A DNA stretch of 64,000 nt from Dehalococcoidia bacterium (GCA_963663895.2 CAXXRD010000001.1:480001-544000); one strand, 5' to 3'. Positions 10,525 to 21,313 are shown, numbered from the stretch's first letter. Made by a program: numbers and translations. Notes: a model not told the origin generated them from the sequence alone.

Positions 10525-10998
10525 ATGGCAACGTTGGCGTCGATCGAGCGGCAGTTTGCCTACGACGAGTGGGCCAACGACCGCACCCTGCGCACCCTCA
10601 AGGACTTGGAAGCGAGCCGCCCGACCCTGATCGGCACCTTCGGGCATATCTTGAACGCCAAGCGCATCTGGCTCGACCGCATTGAAGAGATCAAGTCCGG
10701 GTGGCCCGACGGCTGGCCCAATTTCACGCTGGAAGAATGCGAGTCGCGCAACGCGGAGGTCAACGCAGCGTTCCACAATTTCTTCGATCGCGTGCAGGCG
10801 GAAGATCTCGACCGGACGGTTTTGCTCCCATGGAGCAAGGGAGACCTGAAGACGCCGTTGCGTGAGGTCCTCACGCATCTGATTACCCACAGTATGTACC
10901 ATCGCGGCGAGATCATGGCGGGTGCCGGGCAGACCGGCGCTAAAGTACCCAGCACGGACTACGTGATCTGGTGGAACAAAACCTACCCGCAGGAATGA
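10525..10998 (+). CDS. DinB/DUF664 family protein
   Basis: [24 protein letters not shown] histidine-triad pattern. Confidence 0.85.
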   Translation: MATLASIERQFAYDEWANDRTLRTLKDLEASRPTLIGTFGHILNAKRIWLDRIEEIKSGWPDGWPNFTLEECESRNAEVNAAFHNFFDRVQAEDLDRTVLLPWSKGDLKTPLREVLTHLITHSMYHRGEIMAGAGQTGAKVPSTDYVIWWNKTYPQE

Positions 10999-11011
10999 CT
11001 GGGAGGCCATC

Positions 11012-11302
11012 ATGGCGGACCGCCGCAAGCTGACAGATGCCGAGATCGAGCAATACTTAGCGCAGGCGCCCGGCTGGTCAGTCGCGGATGGGAAGCTGCG
11101 CCGCGCCTTCCAGTTCGACAGCTTCGTGGAAGCCTTCGGGTTCATGTCCTCCGTCGCGCTGGCTGCGGAGAAGATGGACCATCACCCTGAATGGTTCAAC
11201 GTGTACAACCGCGTCGTCATTGACCTGAACACGCACGATGTGGGCGGCATCAGCCCACTCGACTTCGAACTCGCAGCGCGAATCAACGGCCTGGCGCCTT
11301 AG
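11012..11302 (+). CDS. phhB: Pterin-4-alpha-carbinolamine dehydratase
   Basis: [10 protein letters not shown] signature and THDVGGIS..D; RBS GGAGG. Confidence 0.93.
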   Translation: MADRRKLTDAEIEQYLAQAPGWSVADGKLRRAFQFDSFVEAFGFMSSVALAAEKMDHHPEWFNVYNRVVIDLNTHDVGGISPLDFELAARINGLAP

Positions 11303-12282
11303 CGAGCGAGGAACCGCTCCAGCTGCGGCCGGGTGATGTTCGACCCCGAGATCACCAGCACGACCTTGCGCCCGCGCAAGCGGTCGGCCTCTTGCAAGGC
11401 CGCCGCCGTGCTACAGGCACCGGCCGTCTCCGCCAGCGTGTGCGCCGACTCGAGCAGCGTGACCACGGCTTCCTCGATCCGGCGATCGTCCACAAGGACA
11501 AAATCGTTGAGGCCGTCCCGCAGGATCGCTTGGGTGAAGACAAACCCCACGCCCGTCGCTACGCCATCCGCCATCGTCTCGTTGGGCCGCGTCACGGGCT
11601 GGCCGCCACGCCAGGAATCGTGCGCGGCCGGCGCCTGTGCAGACTGCACGCCCCAGATCTCCAGCGACGACCCCAATCCATCGCGGACCGTGATCCAGCC
11701 GCAGGCGCCCGACCCACCCCCGACGGGCACGATCACGACCTCGGTATCGGGCTGCTGGCTGGTCAGCACCTCGAGCGCAGCGGTACCGACTCCCGCGGTC
11801 AGATCCGGCTCGTTGGCCGCATCAACATAAAACATCTCATGCTCGGCGGCATACGCCGCCGCCCATTCGTGTGCCTCGTCGTAGTGCGCGCCTTCGTGGA
11901 TCACGCGCGCGCCCAGCCGCTCGATATTGGCCACCTTGTCTCGGTTGGCCGCTCTCGGCACGACAACCACGGCCGGCACCCCGAGGACGCCCGCAGCGTA
12001 GGCGATCGACTGCCCGTGGTTGCCCGTTGAGGCGGTGACGACGCCGGACGCCCGCGCTCGCGCATTGAGCTGACTGACCAAGTAGAGCCCGCCGCGAATC
12101 TTGAACGCCGAGATCGGCGTGACCGATTCCAGCTTGAGCGAGACGTGTGCGTCAATGCGCTCCGATAAAGCAGGCTGGTAGACCAGCGGCGTCGGAAGCG
12201 CGAGATGCGGCGCGATGATTCCCGCCGCGCGGCGGACATCCTCGATCGTCGGACGCTCTCGTGTTTCCAGCATCACCGCCAC
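11299..12282 (-). CDS. PLP-dependent threonine/serine dehydratase family
   Basis: LKLE...AFKIRG, STGNHG, PVGGGSG, SGSN motifs. Confidence 0.9.
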   Translation of the reverse strand: MAVMLETRERPTIEDVRRAAGIIAPHLALPTPLVYQPALSERIDAHVSLKLESVTPISAFKIRGGLYLVSQLNARARASGVVTASTGNHGQSIAYAAGVLGVPAVVVVPRAANRDKVANIERLGARVIHEGAHYDEAHEWAAAYAAEHEMFYVDAANEPDLTAGVGTAALEVLTSQQPDTEVVIVPVGGGSGACGWITVRDGLGSSLEIWGVQSAQAPAAHDSWRGGQPVTRPNETMADGVATGVGFVFTQAILRDGLNDFVLVDDRRIEEAVVTLLESAHTLAETAGACSTAAALQEADRLRGRKVVLVISGSNITRPQLERFLAR

Positions 12283-12981
12283 CTAAAGCAACATGCTCGA
12301 CGCCACCGCCAAGCATTCCGGATCGTCGTATCGAACCGAGTTAACCCGGGGGTTCACCGGCGTGCCCACGAGCGCATCATCTACTGCGGGCAGCAAGAGA
12401 GCGTGAAGCTTTGCCCGCTCCGCCGTAGGTGTGAACAGCCATTCGTCCACGGACCCTTCGTCGAGGATCACGGGCATCCGATCATGCACGCGTTCCACGA
12501 CTCGATTGGTTTTGGTCGTGATGATCGTGAAAGTGACTTGTGGAGTCTCCGGCTCGGAGTGCCCAATCTCGTACAGGCCAGCGAACAGGAGCAGTCCTCC
12601 GTCCCCACGGTGGAACCAGATCGGCCGTCGCGCCTTCTTGGGCCCCATCCATTCGAAATAGCCGTCCGCAGGCACGACGCAGCGCCGCTCTCCAAACGCT
12701 TCCCGGAAGGCGGGGCTGCGGTCGATCGTCTCTGCCCGTGCGTTGATCGGTCGCGCGGCGCGCTTTGCCGCGCGCGGTCCCCCATTCGCATGCACCAGTC
12801 CCCAGCGGGACGGGAGCAACTCTCGCTCCTCCCGCTCTCCGCGCAGGACCAAATGTTCGTCGGAGGGAGCGATGTTGTAACGCGGGCGGTATCGCTTGCG
12901 CTGGATCGCATCGAAAGCGACGCCCAACTCGAGCGCGAGCTGATCCGCAGTCCCGTAGGTCAGCGTAAAGCGACCGCACAT
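12283..12981 (-). CDS. SOS-response-associated peptidase (SRAP; YedK/HMCES abasic-site protection protein)
   Basis: N-terminal MCGRF (catalytic Cys2), RYNIAP, INARAET, RCVVPADGYFEW, HDRMPVIL. Confidence 0.93.
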   Translation of the reverse strand: MCGRFTLTYGTADQLALELGVAFDAIQRKRYRPRYNIAPSDEHLVLRGEREERELLPSRWGLVHANGGPRAAKRAARPINARAETIDRSPAFREAFGERRCVVPADGYFEWMGPKKARRPIWFHRGDGGLLLFAGLYEIGHSEPETPQVTFTIITTKTNRVVERVHDRMPVILDEGSVDEWLFTPTAERAKLHALLLPAVDDALVGTPVNPRVNSVRYDDPECLAVASSMLL

Positions 12982-13092
12982 ATGGTCAGTCTATCGGCCG
13001 GACCCGACCAACGCCCGCGACTGCATCTCGCCCTATCTGTATTTCGCAGCCGTCAACCGGCGCGGGCCGAAGGCGTACACTACAACTACTGC

Positions 13093-14316
13093 ATGGCTGA
13101 TCTCACTCTGTCGCCGTTCGAGATTCTGCGTCCGGAATTCCTCGCCGATCCGTACCCCGTCTACGCGCAGCTACGCGAGAGCGCACCCGTCTGGCGCAAC
13201 GCCGTCCTGCAAGGCTGGGTTCTCACTCGCTATCAAGACTGTGCGGCGGTGCTGCGTGACCACAAGACGTTCTCGTCCGACGCACGCCACGCGACGAGCC
13301 CGTTGGCCAAATTCCGGCTCCAGCAGGCCGCACAGGTTGGTCTGGCCGGCGACTCAGTCATCGGACGGGATCCGCCCGTGCATACACAGCTCCGTGCGCT
13401 GGTGAACAAAGCCTTCACGCCGGTGCGGGTGCAGCGACTCCGTTCGCACATTGAGGAACTGACGGACGCGCTCCTGGAGGAACGGAGTGGGGACACGTTC
13501 GACGTGATCGGGCAGTTGGCCGAGCCGCTTCCCATCATCGTAATCGCGGAGATGTTGGGGGTGCCGGCATCCGACCGCGCCACCTTCAAGCGTTGGTCAG
13601 CCGCGGTCGCGGCTGCCACGGACCCCTCCGTAACGCAGGACGCCATCGACACGATCGGCGCCAACATGGCGGAGCTCGAAGCGTACGTCGGCGGCTACCT
13701 GGACGCGTGCCGTCGGGAGCCCAGCGACGACCTGTTGAGCGCTCTCGTGCAGGCGGAAGAGGCCGGCGCAAGCATGTCGGAAGCGGAGCTGCTCGCCTTC
13801 ATCATCCTGCTGCTCGCGGCCGGCAACGTGACGACCACCGGGCTGATCGGCAACGCGGTCCTCGCGCTCGCCCGGCACCCGCAGCAAGCGGCCTGGCTGC
13901 GCGAGGATCCCTCACTGATCCCAGGCGCGATCGAGGAGCTGCTGCGCTACGACAGTCCCGTGCAAGTCGTGGTCCGCTTCGCACTACAGGACACGGAGAT
14001 CCGAGGCACGCCGATCGTCGCCGGTGATTCGATCCTCGTGGCGATCGGCGCCGCCAACCGCGACCCCGATCTGTTCCCAAACCCCGACTGCCTGAACGTG
14101 CGAAGGTCCGAGAACCATCACTACGCGTTCGGCCTCGGCATCCACTACTGTCTGGGCGCGGGTCTGGCGCGTCTTGAGGCGGAAGTGGCGTTGCAGGCGC
14201 TGCTGAATCGTTTCCAAACGTTCGATCTGGCCGCTATGGCCCCGGCTTACAGCGGAACGCTGGTCCTCCGCAGGCTGGAGGCGCTCCCGCTTCGCTGGGC
14301 GCCGCCGGTTCGGTAG
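13093..14316 (+). CDS. Cytochrome P450
   Basis: DPPVHTQLR, EELLRYDSP (ExxR), ANRDP, heme motif FGLGIHYCLG; likely start ATG 13093. Confidence 0.93.
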   Translation: MADLTLSPFEILRPEFLADPYPVYAQLRESAPVWRNAVLQGWVLTRYQDCAAVLRDHKTFSSDARHATSPLAKFRLQQAAQVGLAGDSVIGRDPPVHTQLRALVNKAFTPVRVQRLRSHIEELTDALLEERSGDTFDVIGQLAEPLPIIVIAEMLGVPASDRATFKRWSAAVAAATDPSVTQDAIDTIGANMAELEAYVGGYLDACRREPSDDLLSALVQAEEAGASMSEAELLAFIILLLAAGNVTTTGLIGNAVLALARHPQQAAWLREDPSLIPGAIEELLRYDSPVQVVVRFALQDTEIRGTPIVAGDSILVAIGAANRDPDLFPNPDCLNVRRSENHHYAFGLGIHYCLGAGLARLEAEVALQALLNRFQTFDLAAMAPAYSGTLVLRRLEALPLRWAPPVR

Positions 14317-14324
14317 CCGACGCG

Positions 14325-17300
14325 GTGGACGTACTCTCGGACTTTCATCCGGCGATCCGAGCCTGGTTCCGCCAGCGCTTCTCCGCTCCTACCGATGCGC
14401 AGGCGGAGGGTTGGCCTCACATCCGCGCAGGCAGCGACACGCTGATCGCCGCGCCCACAGGTTCGGGAAAAACGCTCGCCGCATTCCTCGCCGGCATCGA
14501 CGCCCTGATCCGCCAGGCCAAGCGTGAACCACTCGATGACGCCGTCTCGATCCTCTACATCTCTCCCCTGCGCGCGCTGGGCAACGACATCCACCGCAAT
14601 CTGGAGACGCCTTTAGCCGAGATTCGCCGCGTCGCGGCGAGCTTGGGCGAGGAACTGCCGGAGATCCGTGTCGCAGTCCGGAGCGGAGACACGCCCGCGT
14701 CCAAGCGGCAGGCGCTCACGCGCAAGCCGCCGCACATCCTCATCACGACGCCGGAGTCGCTCTACCTGCTCCTCAGCGCGGAGCGCAGCCGCAGCACGCT
14801 GCGCCACGTGCGCACGGTGATCGTGGATGAGATCCACGCCCTCGTCGGGAACCGCCGCGGCACGCACCTGGCACTGTCGCTCGCACGGCTGGACCACGTG
14901 GCCGAGAAGCGGCCGGTGCGGATCGGCCTCTCCGCGACGCAGAAACCGATCGCAGGGATGGCCCAGTTTCTGGTCGGCAGCGACCGGCGCAGGGGCGATG
15001 GCTCGCCCGACTGCGCGCTCGTCGATCTCGGTCACCAGCGCGACCTCGACATCGCGATCGAAGTGCCGCCGTCGGAGCTGGACGCGATCATCTCGCATCC
15101 GCAGTGGGACGAGATCTACGAGCGGCTAGCGGAGCTGATCGGCGCCCACCACACAACCCTGATCTTCGTCAACACACGGGCGCTCGCGGAGCGCGTGGGG
15201 CATCGGTTAGCCGAGCGCATGGGCGAAGACAAGGTCGCCGGGCATCACGGCAGCCTCTCGAAAGAGCGACGGCTCCGGCTGGAAGAGCGGCTGCGCAGCG
15301 GCGACCTCGCCGCGCTCGTCACGACCTCGGCCCTGGAGCTCGGGATCGATATCGGCGGGATCGATCTCGTCTGCCAGATCGGCTCCCCACGCCGCATCGC
15401 CACCTTCTTGCAACGGGTGGGACGCTCCGGACACGCCTTAGGCCTCCAACCAAAAGGGCGGCTGCTTCCCACCACGCGCGACGAACTGGTGGAGTGCGCG
15501 GCCCTGGTCCGGGCCGTCCGAGCGGGGCGCCTCGATCGCATCGCGCCCCTAGACGCGCCGCTGGATGTACTGGCGCAGCAGATCGTGGCGGAGTGTGCGA
15601 GCGAGCCCTGGCCGGCCGCTGATCTCTACGCCCTCTGCCGGCGCGCGACGCCGTACCAGACGCTGGATCGCGCCGCCTTCGACGAGATCGTGACGATGCT
15701 GGCCGCCGGCGTCGGGGAGGGCGGCGGGCGCGCCAAGCCACTGCTCCACTACGACCGGATCAACGACATGGTGCGCGGGCGGCGGCACGCTCGCATCACG
15801 GCCCTCACAAACGGCGGCGTCATCCCGGAGCTGGGCGACTACCGCGTCTTGGCGGACCCCGACGACACTTTCGTCGGGATGCTGAACGAGGACTTCGCGA
15901 TCGAGAGCCAAGCGGGCGACATCTTCCTGCTGGGAACGACCTCCTGGCGGATCCGCAAAGTCGAGACCGGGATCGTGCGGGTGCAGGACGCCCAAGGCGC
16001 GCCCCCCACCGTGCCCTTCTGGCTGGGCGAGGGACCGGGCCGGTCGGTCGAGCTGTCGGCAGAGGTGGGACGGCTGCGCCGCGAGATCGTGGCCGGGCTG
16101 CACGAGCCCGAGGCGCTCCGGAAGCGGCTGACGGCGGAGGCCAGGCTGGACGGCTCCGGCGCCGCACAGCTGATCGACTATGTCCGCGTGACACACGAAG
16201 CACTGGGGGTAATGCCCTCCGACTGCGACGTGGTGTTTGAGCGCTTTTTCGACGAGTCGGGGGGGATGCAGCTCGTCGTGCATGCGCCCTTCGGCTCGCG
16301 CATCAACCGCGCCTGGGGACTGGCGCTGCGCAAGCAGTTCTGCGTCCGCTTCGACTTCGAGCTGCAGGCAGCCGCCAACGACGACGCGATCTTGCTTTCG
16401 CTCGGACCCGCCCAGAGCTTCCCGCTGGAGGAAGCCTTCGCATACGTGCGGCCGTCGAGCGCGCCACCAGCCGTCGAGCAATCCCTGATCTACATCCCGC
16501 TGTTCGGCACGCGCTGGCGCTGGAATGCGACCCGCGCGCTGGCCGTCCAGCGGCAGCGAGGCGGCAAGAAGGTGCCGCCGCCCATTCAGCGGATGCGCTC
16601 GGACGACCTTCTGGCAGCCGTCTTCCCCCAGTCCGTCGGCTGCCAAGAGAATGTAAGTGGCCCCATTGCGATGCCCGATCACCCCCTGATCCGGCAAACC
16701 GTGCGCGATTGCATGGAAGAGGCGATGGACGTACCGGGCCTCGTCGAGATCCTGGAGCGGATCGAAAGCAGCGCCGTCGGCCTGCACGCGCGCGACTCCA
16801 CCACACCCTCTCCCATGGCGCACGAGATCATCGGTGCGAAACCCTACGCCTTCTTGGACGACGCGCCGTTGGAGGAACGCCGCGCCCGCGCGGTGATGCT
16901 GCGCCGCGCGCTGCCGGAGCATGCCCGCGACCTCGGCGCGCTTGACTCCAGCGCCATCGAACGCGTGCGCCAAGAGGCGCGGCCGGCGCCGCGGGACGCC
17001 GAAGAGGCGCACGAAGTGCTCAGCACGCTGGTGGCCGCGACGCAGGGGCTGGTGGAGCCTTGGCGGCACTGGGCCGAGGAGCTGCGCGACACGGGACGCG
17101 CCGCCCTCGCGCGAACCGACCGGGGCTCCGTGTGGCTCGCGGCCGAGAACGTCAATCTGATCGCCCTGCTGTTCCCGGACGCGCCGATTGAACCGCGGCG
17201 GAATCTGCCGGAGGGCGTCGCGGCCGAGGCAGACGACCGCGAGGCCGCACGGCTGCAGCTGCTCCGCGGCCACATGGAGATCGCCGGACCGGTGACCGCG

Positions 17301-18551
17301 GCGGCGCTCGCGGCGCAGACTGCCCTCGATCCCAGCGACATCCAGCGCGGCCTTCAGCAGCTGGAGGCGGGAGGCCAGGTCCTGCGCGGCACCTTCACGC
17401 GCCAAGCCGCCGCCGGATCGGAATTCTGCGACCGCGCCCTGCTGGCTCGGATCCATCGCTATACGCTCGATCGCCTGCGCCGCGAGATCGAGCCCGTCAC
17501 GGCCCAAGACTTCATGCGCTTCCTCTTGCGCTGGCAGCACTGCACCTCCGATACCCGCGTGCACGGCAAGGCGGGACTGCGGGAGGTGCTCCGGCAGCTC
17601 CAGGGCTTCGAGCTGCCGGCTTCGGCCTGGGAGCGCGAGGTGCTGCCGCTGCGGATCGGCAACTATCAGCCGGCGTGGCTGGACGAGCTCTGCCTGGCCG
17701 GGGAGTTCGTCTGGGTGCGGCTCACCCCGAAACGCGGCACGGCGACCGGCAGCGCGATCGCTCCCTCCCGCGCGACGCCGGTCACGATCGCACGGCGGGC
17801 GGACTTCGCCACCTTGCTCGCAGCCGTGCGCCTCCACGACGATCTCCCCGCCCCCGCGAGCGGCGCCGCCAAGGATCTGCTCACACTGCTGCACGAGCGC
17901 GGCGCGCTCTTCACCGAGGAGCTGATCGCGGCCACGCGGCGCTTGCCATCAGACGTCGAGGGCGGGCTACGGGAGCTCGTCGCGCGCGGCCTGGCGACGG
18001 CCGACGGTTTCCAGGGCCTGCGTCAACTGATCGGCGGGTCCAGGGCGACGCCGCGCCGCCCGGGCGGGCGCTTCCTGCGCAGCGGTCCGGCGGGGCGCTG
18101 GGCGCTGATCGCGCAACAACCCAAGGTGGAAGGCGAAGCGGTGGAAGATCTGGCCGAGCATACCGCCAAGATCTTGCTGGCTCGCTACGGCGTCGTGTGC
18201 CGGGATCTCCTGACCCGCGAAAGCATTGGTCTCCCTTGGCGCGAGATCGTGCGCGCCCTCCGGCGCCTCGAAGCCCGCGGCGACGTGCGCGGCGGGCGCT
18301 TCATCGGCAGCCTCGTGGGAGAGCAGTACGCGCTCGCCGAAGCCGTCGACGCTCTCCGCGCCGTCCGGCGCCGCGCGCGGTCCGAGGAGCAGGTGCGCCT
18401 CAGCGCGGTCGACCCGCTCAACCTAGTGGGGGTGATTCTGCCCGGCGAGAAAGTGGCGGCGCGCGCCGGATCGAAGGTCACGCTCGTCGACGGCGCCTTC
18501 AGCGCGCCGGCGCCCGCGACTCCCCCCGCGCGCCACGAGAGCCTCGTCTAG
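14325..18551 (+). CDS. lhr: Full-length Lhr DEAH helicase with C-terminal winged-helix/glycosylase-like region
   Basis: APTGSGKT, ITTPESL, DEIH, GLSAT, LELGIDIG, QRVGRSGH, C-terminal LLARYGV...RGGRF...SAVDPLNL. Confidence 0.92.
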   Translation: MDVLSDFHPAIRAWFRQRFSAPTDAQAEGWPHIRAGSDTLIAAPTGSGKTLAAFLAGIDALIRQAKREPLDDAVSILYISPLRALGNDIHRNLETPLAEIRRVAASLGEELPEIRVAVRSGDTPASKRQALTRKPPHILITTPESLYLLLSAERSRSTLRHVRTVIVDEIHALVGNRRGTHLALSLARLDHVAEKRPVRIGLSATQKPIAGMAQFLVGSDRRRGDGSPDCALVDLGHQRDLDIAIEVPPSELDAIISHPQWDEIYERLAELIGAHHTTLIFVNTRALAERVGHRLAERMGEDKVAGHHGSLSKERRLRLEERLRSGDLAALVTTSALELGIDIGGIDLVCQIGSPRRIATFLQRVGRSGHALGLQPKGRLLPTTRDELVECAALVRAVRAGRLDRIAPLDAPLDVLAQQIVAECASEPWPAADLYALCRRATPYQTLDRAAFDEIVTMLAAGVGEGGGRAKPLLHYDRINDMVRGRRHARITALTNGGVIPELGDYRVLADPDDTFVGMLNEDFAIESQAGDIFLLGTTSWRIRKVETGIVRVQDAQGAPPTVPFWLGEGPGRSVELSAEVGRLRREIVAGLHEPEALRKRLTAEARLDGSGAAQLIDYVRVTHEALGVMPSDCDVVFERFFDESGGMQLVVHAPFGSRINRAWGLALRKQFCVRFDFELQAAANDDAILLSLGPAQSFPLEEAFAYVRPSSAPPAVEQSLIYIPLFGTRWRWNATRALAVQRQRGGKKVPPPIQRMRSDDLLAAVFPQSVGCQENVSGPIAMPDHPLIRQTVRDCMEEAMDVPGLVEILERIESSAVGLHARDSTTPSPMAHEIIGAKPYAFLDDAPLEERRARAVMLRRALPEHARDLGALDSSAIERVRQEARPAPRDAEEAHEVLSTLVAATQGLVEPWRHWAEELRDTGRAALARTDRGSVWLAAENVNLIALLFPDAPIEPRRNLPEGVAAEADDREAARLQLLRGHMEIAGPVTAAALAAQTALDPSDIQRGLQQLEAGGQVLRGTFTRQAAAGSEFCDRALLARIHRYTLDRLRREIEPVTAQDFMRFLLRWQHCTSDTRVHGKAGLREVLRQLQGFELPASAWEREVLPLRIGNYQPAWLDELCLAGEFVWVRLTPKRGTATGSAIAPSRATPVTIARRADFATLLAAVRLHDDLPAPASGAAKDLLTLLHERGALFTEELIAATRRLPSDVEGGLRELVARGLATADGFQGLRQLIGGSRATPRRPGGRFLRSGPAGRWALIAQQPKVEGEAVEDLAEHTAKILLARYGVVCRDLLTRESIGLPWREIVRALRRLEARGDVRGGRFIGSLVGEQYALAEAVDALRAVRRRARSEEQVRLSAVDPLNLVGVILPGEKVAARAGSKVTLVDGAFSAPAPATPPARHESLV

Positions 18552-19357
18552 AACTTGCCGCCGTAGCTCCGCGCCAGGATGCCGCTGGGATCGCTCTGAA
18601 TCCCCAAGGTCGGGATCGGGTAGCGCAGCCCGTTCTTATGGAGACGCGCCAATCCCTCGACGGCTTTCGGCAAAAAGCGCGGGGGAATCGCCATCAACAG
18701 CTCGTCGTCCGCCACGCCGCCGAAGCTGCGCTCGGCGTAGCACGGGATCGAAACGGAGGGCTGGTCCGTCGTCAGGGCGCGGCCCCAGGAATCGCCGCAA
18801 GCGCTCTCGCCCACGCAGGTGAAGTCGTACTTGCGGTAGCCCGAGAACTGGAGGCCGTTAATCAGGATGATCATCTGGCCCGGCGTGGCGTAGATGAGGC
18901 AGATGTCGGGCGGATCGAGCCGGCCCAACGCCAGCGGCGACACCGCCACGGCCTCGTAGCGCCCGTGGGGGACGACGTCGAGGGCCGCCTGGTGGGCGGC
19001 CGCGTCGGCCTTCGTCTCGTACCACACGCCCGCCATGCGCTCACCGCTGCGCCACTGTGGATCTTGCGGGCGCAGTCCCAGAACGGCGCCGCACTGCGCG
19101 GCGGCCAGGTCGGCGTTCGTGATACCGACGGTCCAGCGCATCCAGCGCGCCTGGGCGACGATCTGGTCGAAGGTGTGCGACGCCTGCGGCCGGCGCAGCC
19201 GTTCGACCCGCTCCATCTCCGCCTCCGTCTCGAACAGCTTCATTCCGACGGGGATCGAGCGCAGACGCAGATAGCGCTCAAGGCCTTCGACGATCCCGGA
19301 CCAGTCGTAGCTGTCAGGCTCGGGAGGATCCATGCTGCTGCTCACATCGTCCGCCAT
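18548..19357 (-). CDS. DUF169 family protein
   Basis: LRLRSIPVGMK, SPL..GRLDPPD, PGQM, GESAC, PCYAER..GG...DEL; start ATG 19357 after GGAGG. Confidence 0.8.
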   Translation of the reverse strand: MADDVSSSMDPPEPDSYDWSGIVEGLERYLRLRSIPVGMKLFETEAEMERVERLRRPQASHTFDQIVAQARWMRWTVGITNADLAAAQCGAVLGLRPQDPQWRSGERMAGVWYETKADAAAHQAALDVVPHGRYEAVAVSPLALGRLDPPDICLIYATPGQMIILINGLQFSGYRKYDFTCVGESACGDSWGRALTTDQPSVSIPCYAERSFGGVADDELLMAIPPRFLPKAVEGLARLHKNGLRYPIPTLGIQSDPSGILARSYGGKF

Positions 19358-19474
19358 CGGGTCCCTCCTCACGTAACGCGGCAATCCTCTCACGCGTGGA
19401 AGAAGAAGATAAGCGACGATTGCCGGGCACGGGTATAGCATGCGCGCGACACGATCGAGCGGAAGGAGTCCTTC

Positions 19475-20671
19475 GTGGCAGCACTGGACGGAATGCGCAT
19501 CCTCGACATGACCCAGTACGAGGCGGGGACTTCCTGCACGCAAATGCTAGCCTGGCTCGGCGCGGACGTCGTCAAGGTCGAGCGCCCGGAGCACGGCGAT
19601 CCCGGCCGCCGCGTGGGCGGCTCCGGCAGAGGCGGCAGCAGCGCCTACTTCCTCAACTACAACAGCAACAAGCGCAGCGTGGCGCTTTCACTCCGCTCGG
19701 AAGAGGGGCGGAGCTTGCTGCTGCAGCTCGTCCCCAAGTTCGACGCCTTCGTGGAGAACTACGGCCCGGGCGTCATGGAAAAGCTCGGGATCGGCTACGA
19801 CGTCATGCGCACGCTGAACCCGCGCATCATCTACGCCCGGATCAAGGGCTTCGGCCTCTCGGGGCCGTACAGCAGCTTCAACTGCTACGACCAAGTCGCC
19901 CAGGCCACCGGCGGATCATTTTCGGTCACGGGGGAGCGGGGGGGCACGCCGCTCCTCTCCGGCGCGACGTTCGCGGACAGCGGCACGGGCGCCCAGCTCG
20001 CGCTCGCGATCACGGCCGCCTACGTGCAGCAGCAACGGACCGGGGAAGGCCAGCTAATCGAGCTGTCCATGCAGGAGGCCGTGACCACATTCATGCGCAC
20101 GCAGGTGGCGCTGTTCTCCGACTGGGGCCGCAAGACCGCGCCGCGCGACGCGATCCGCGCCGGCTTCTCGCCCGATCCCCTGGCCTGCAAGCCGGGAGGC
20201 AGCAACGACTACATCTACATGGTGATCGTGACGCCGGAGATGTGGGCCGGAGTCTGCGAGACGATCGAGCGGCCCGACCTCCTGCAAGACGAGCGCTTCG
20301 CGACCTTGCATGGGCGCCGTGAGAACCGGGACGCCCTCCACGCCGAGATCGCCCAATGGACCGCGACCCGGACGAAGTACGAGGCGATGGAAGCGTTCGG
20401 CGCACGCGGCGTCCCCTGCGGCGCCGTGATGGACACCCGCGATCTCTTCGAGAACCCCCACCTGCAGGCGCGCGACTTCATCCAGCACGTCGACCACCCC
20501 ACCGAAGGACGCGTCCCCTTGATGCGTCCGGCGGCACGGCTTGCCAACTCCCCGGTGACGATGGAGCCGGCGCCCCTGCTCGGCCAGCACACGGACGAGG
20601 TCCTGCGCGAAGAGCTGGGGCTGGACGACGGCGAGCTGGCGACGCTGCGGGAAGCGGGGACGGTTGGCTAA
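19475..20671 (+). CDS. Family III CoA transferase (formyl-CoA transferase-like)
   Basis: LDGMRILDMTQYEAG, LAWLGADVVKVE, NSNKRS, ENYGPG, catalytic Asp in FADSGTG, PLLGQHT. Confidence 0.9.
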   Translation: MAALDGMRILDMTQYEAGTSCTQMLAWLGADVVKVERPEHGDPGRRVGGSGRGGSSAYFLNYNSNKRSVALSLRSEEGRSLLLQLVPKFDAFVENYGPGVMEKLGIGYDVMRTLNPRIIYARIKGFGLSGPYSSFNCYDQVAQATGGSFSVTGERGGTPLLSGATFADSGTGAQLALAITAAYVQQQRTGEGQLIELSMQEAVTTFMRTQVALFSDWGRKTAPRDAIRAGFSPDPLACKPGGSNDYIYMVIVTPEMWAGVCETIERPDLLQDERFATLHGRRENRDALHAEIAQWTATRTKYEAMEAFGARGVPCGAVMDTRDLFENPHLQARDFIQHVDHPTEGRVPLMRPAARLANSPVTMEPAPLLGQHTDEVLREELGLDDGELATLREAGTVG

Positions 20672-21203
20672 GCGCGGCCTGCCGCCGATTCTGCCCCGGT
20701 CGATCCGCGTCCTCATCCTCGGCTCCCTGCCGAGCGACGCCTCCATCGCCAAGCAGCAGTACTACGGGCACCCGCAAAACCACTTCTGGCGCGTGCTGGA
20801 GGCGTGCGGGGCCGTCGAATCGGCCGCCGCGCCCTATGCGAAGCGGGTCCGCGACCTCAAGGCGCGCGGGATCGCCGTCTGGGACCTCTACGCCGCCGCG
20901 GACCGCGAGGGCAGCGGCGACGACAAGATCCGCGATCCGATCCCGAACGCGATCGAGGCGCTGTGGGAGGAGCGGGGACCCTTCCCCGTCCTGCTGAACG
21001 GCCGGCGCCGGCACGAGTGGCGCCGGCACTTCGGCGCCCTGCCGGTCGAGCCGATCGAGCTGCCCTCCACCAGCCCCCGGCCGCTGCACTGGAACACCCC
21101 CGCGGACCGCGCCGCGGCAGTCGCCGAGTGGCGCAGCGCGCTGCGCGCCGCCCTGGGGACCAGCAGGCCCCGTCCGCGCCCGGGAAACGCAGCCAGGAGC
21201 TAA
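20664..21203 (+). CDS. UDG superfamily family 6 (hypoxanthine/deoxyinosine DNA glycosylase-like)
   Basis: LILGSLPS..S...QYYGHPQNHFW, WD, LNG, LPSTSP motifs. Confidence 0.85.
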   Translation: MAKRGLPPILPRSIRVLILGSLPSDASIAKQQYYGHPQNHFWRVLEACGAVESAAAPYAKRVRDLKARGIAVWDLYAAADREGSGDDKIRDPIPNAIEALWEERGPFPVLLNGRRRHEWRRHFGALPVEPIELPSTSPRPLHWNTPADRAAAVAEWRSALRAALGTSRPRPRPGNAARS

Positions 21204-21216
21204 GCACCGTGAACCC

Positions 21217-21247
21217 TGGGCCTACACGTACTGTACTGCGAACTTTC
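21217..21247. repeat. 31-bp sequence identical to 55545-55575 (att-like site 1)
   Basis: TGGGCCTACACGTACTGTACTGCGAACTTTC is exact at both places; similarity continues to CTATAG (21268/55596). Confidence 0.9.
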
Positions 21248-21313
21248 CGCTGGGCAGTCAATCTATAGGGTAAGGGGTGGCCCCAGCCGATCAGCCCCGC
21301 GAGCAGGACAGCC

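Noticed and set aside
12205-13092. N-terminal fusion on the P450 (703-aa ORF)
   Set aside because: The extension is mostly the antisense of the SRAP gene; P450 similarity starts at ATG 13093.
15549-17894. Long antisense and alternate-frame ORFs (e.g. 15549-17894, 25895-27745, 60756-61442 extension, 47534-48499 extension)
   Set aside because: Shadow ORFs of high-GC genes with Arg/Ala/Pro-rich, motif-free translations.
21217-21247. Xer dif/pdif site (AGTTCGCA resembles a XerC arm)
   Set aside because: No TAA-N6-TTA core and no XerD-like TTATGT arm.
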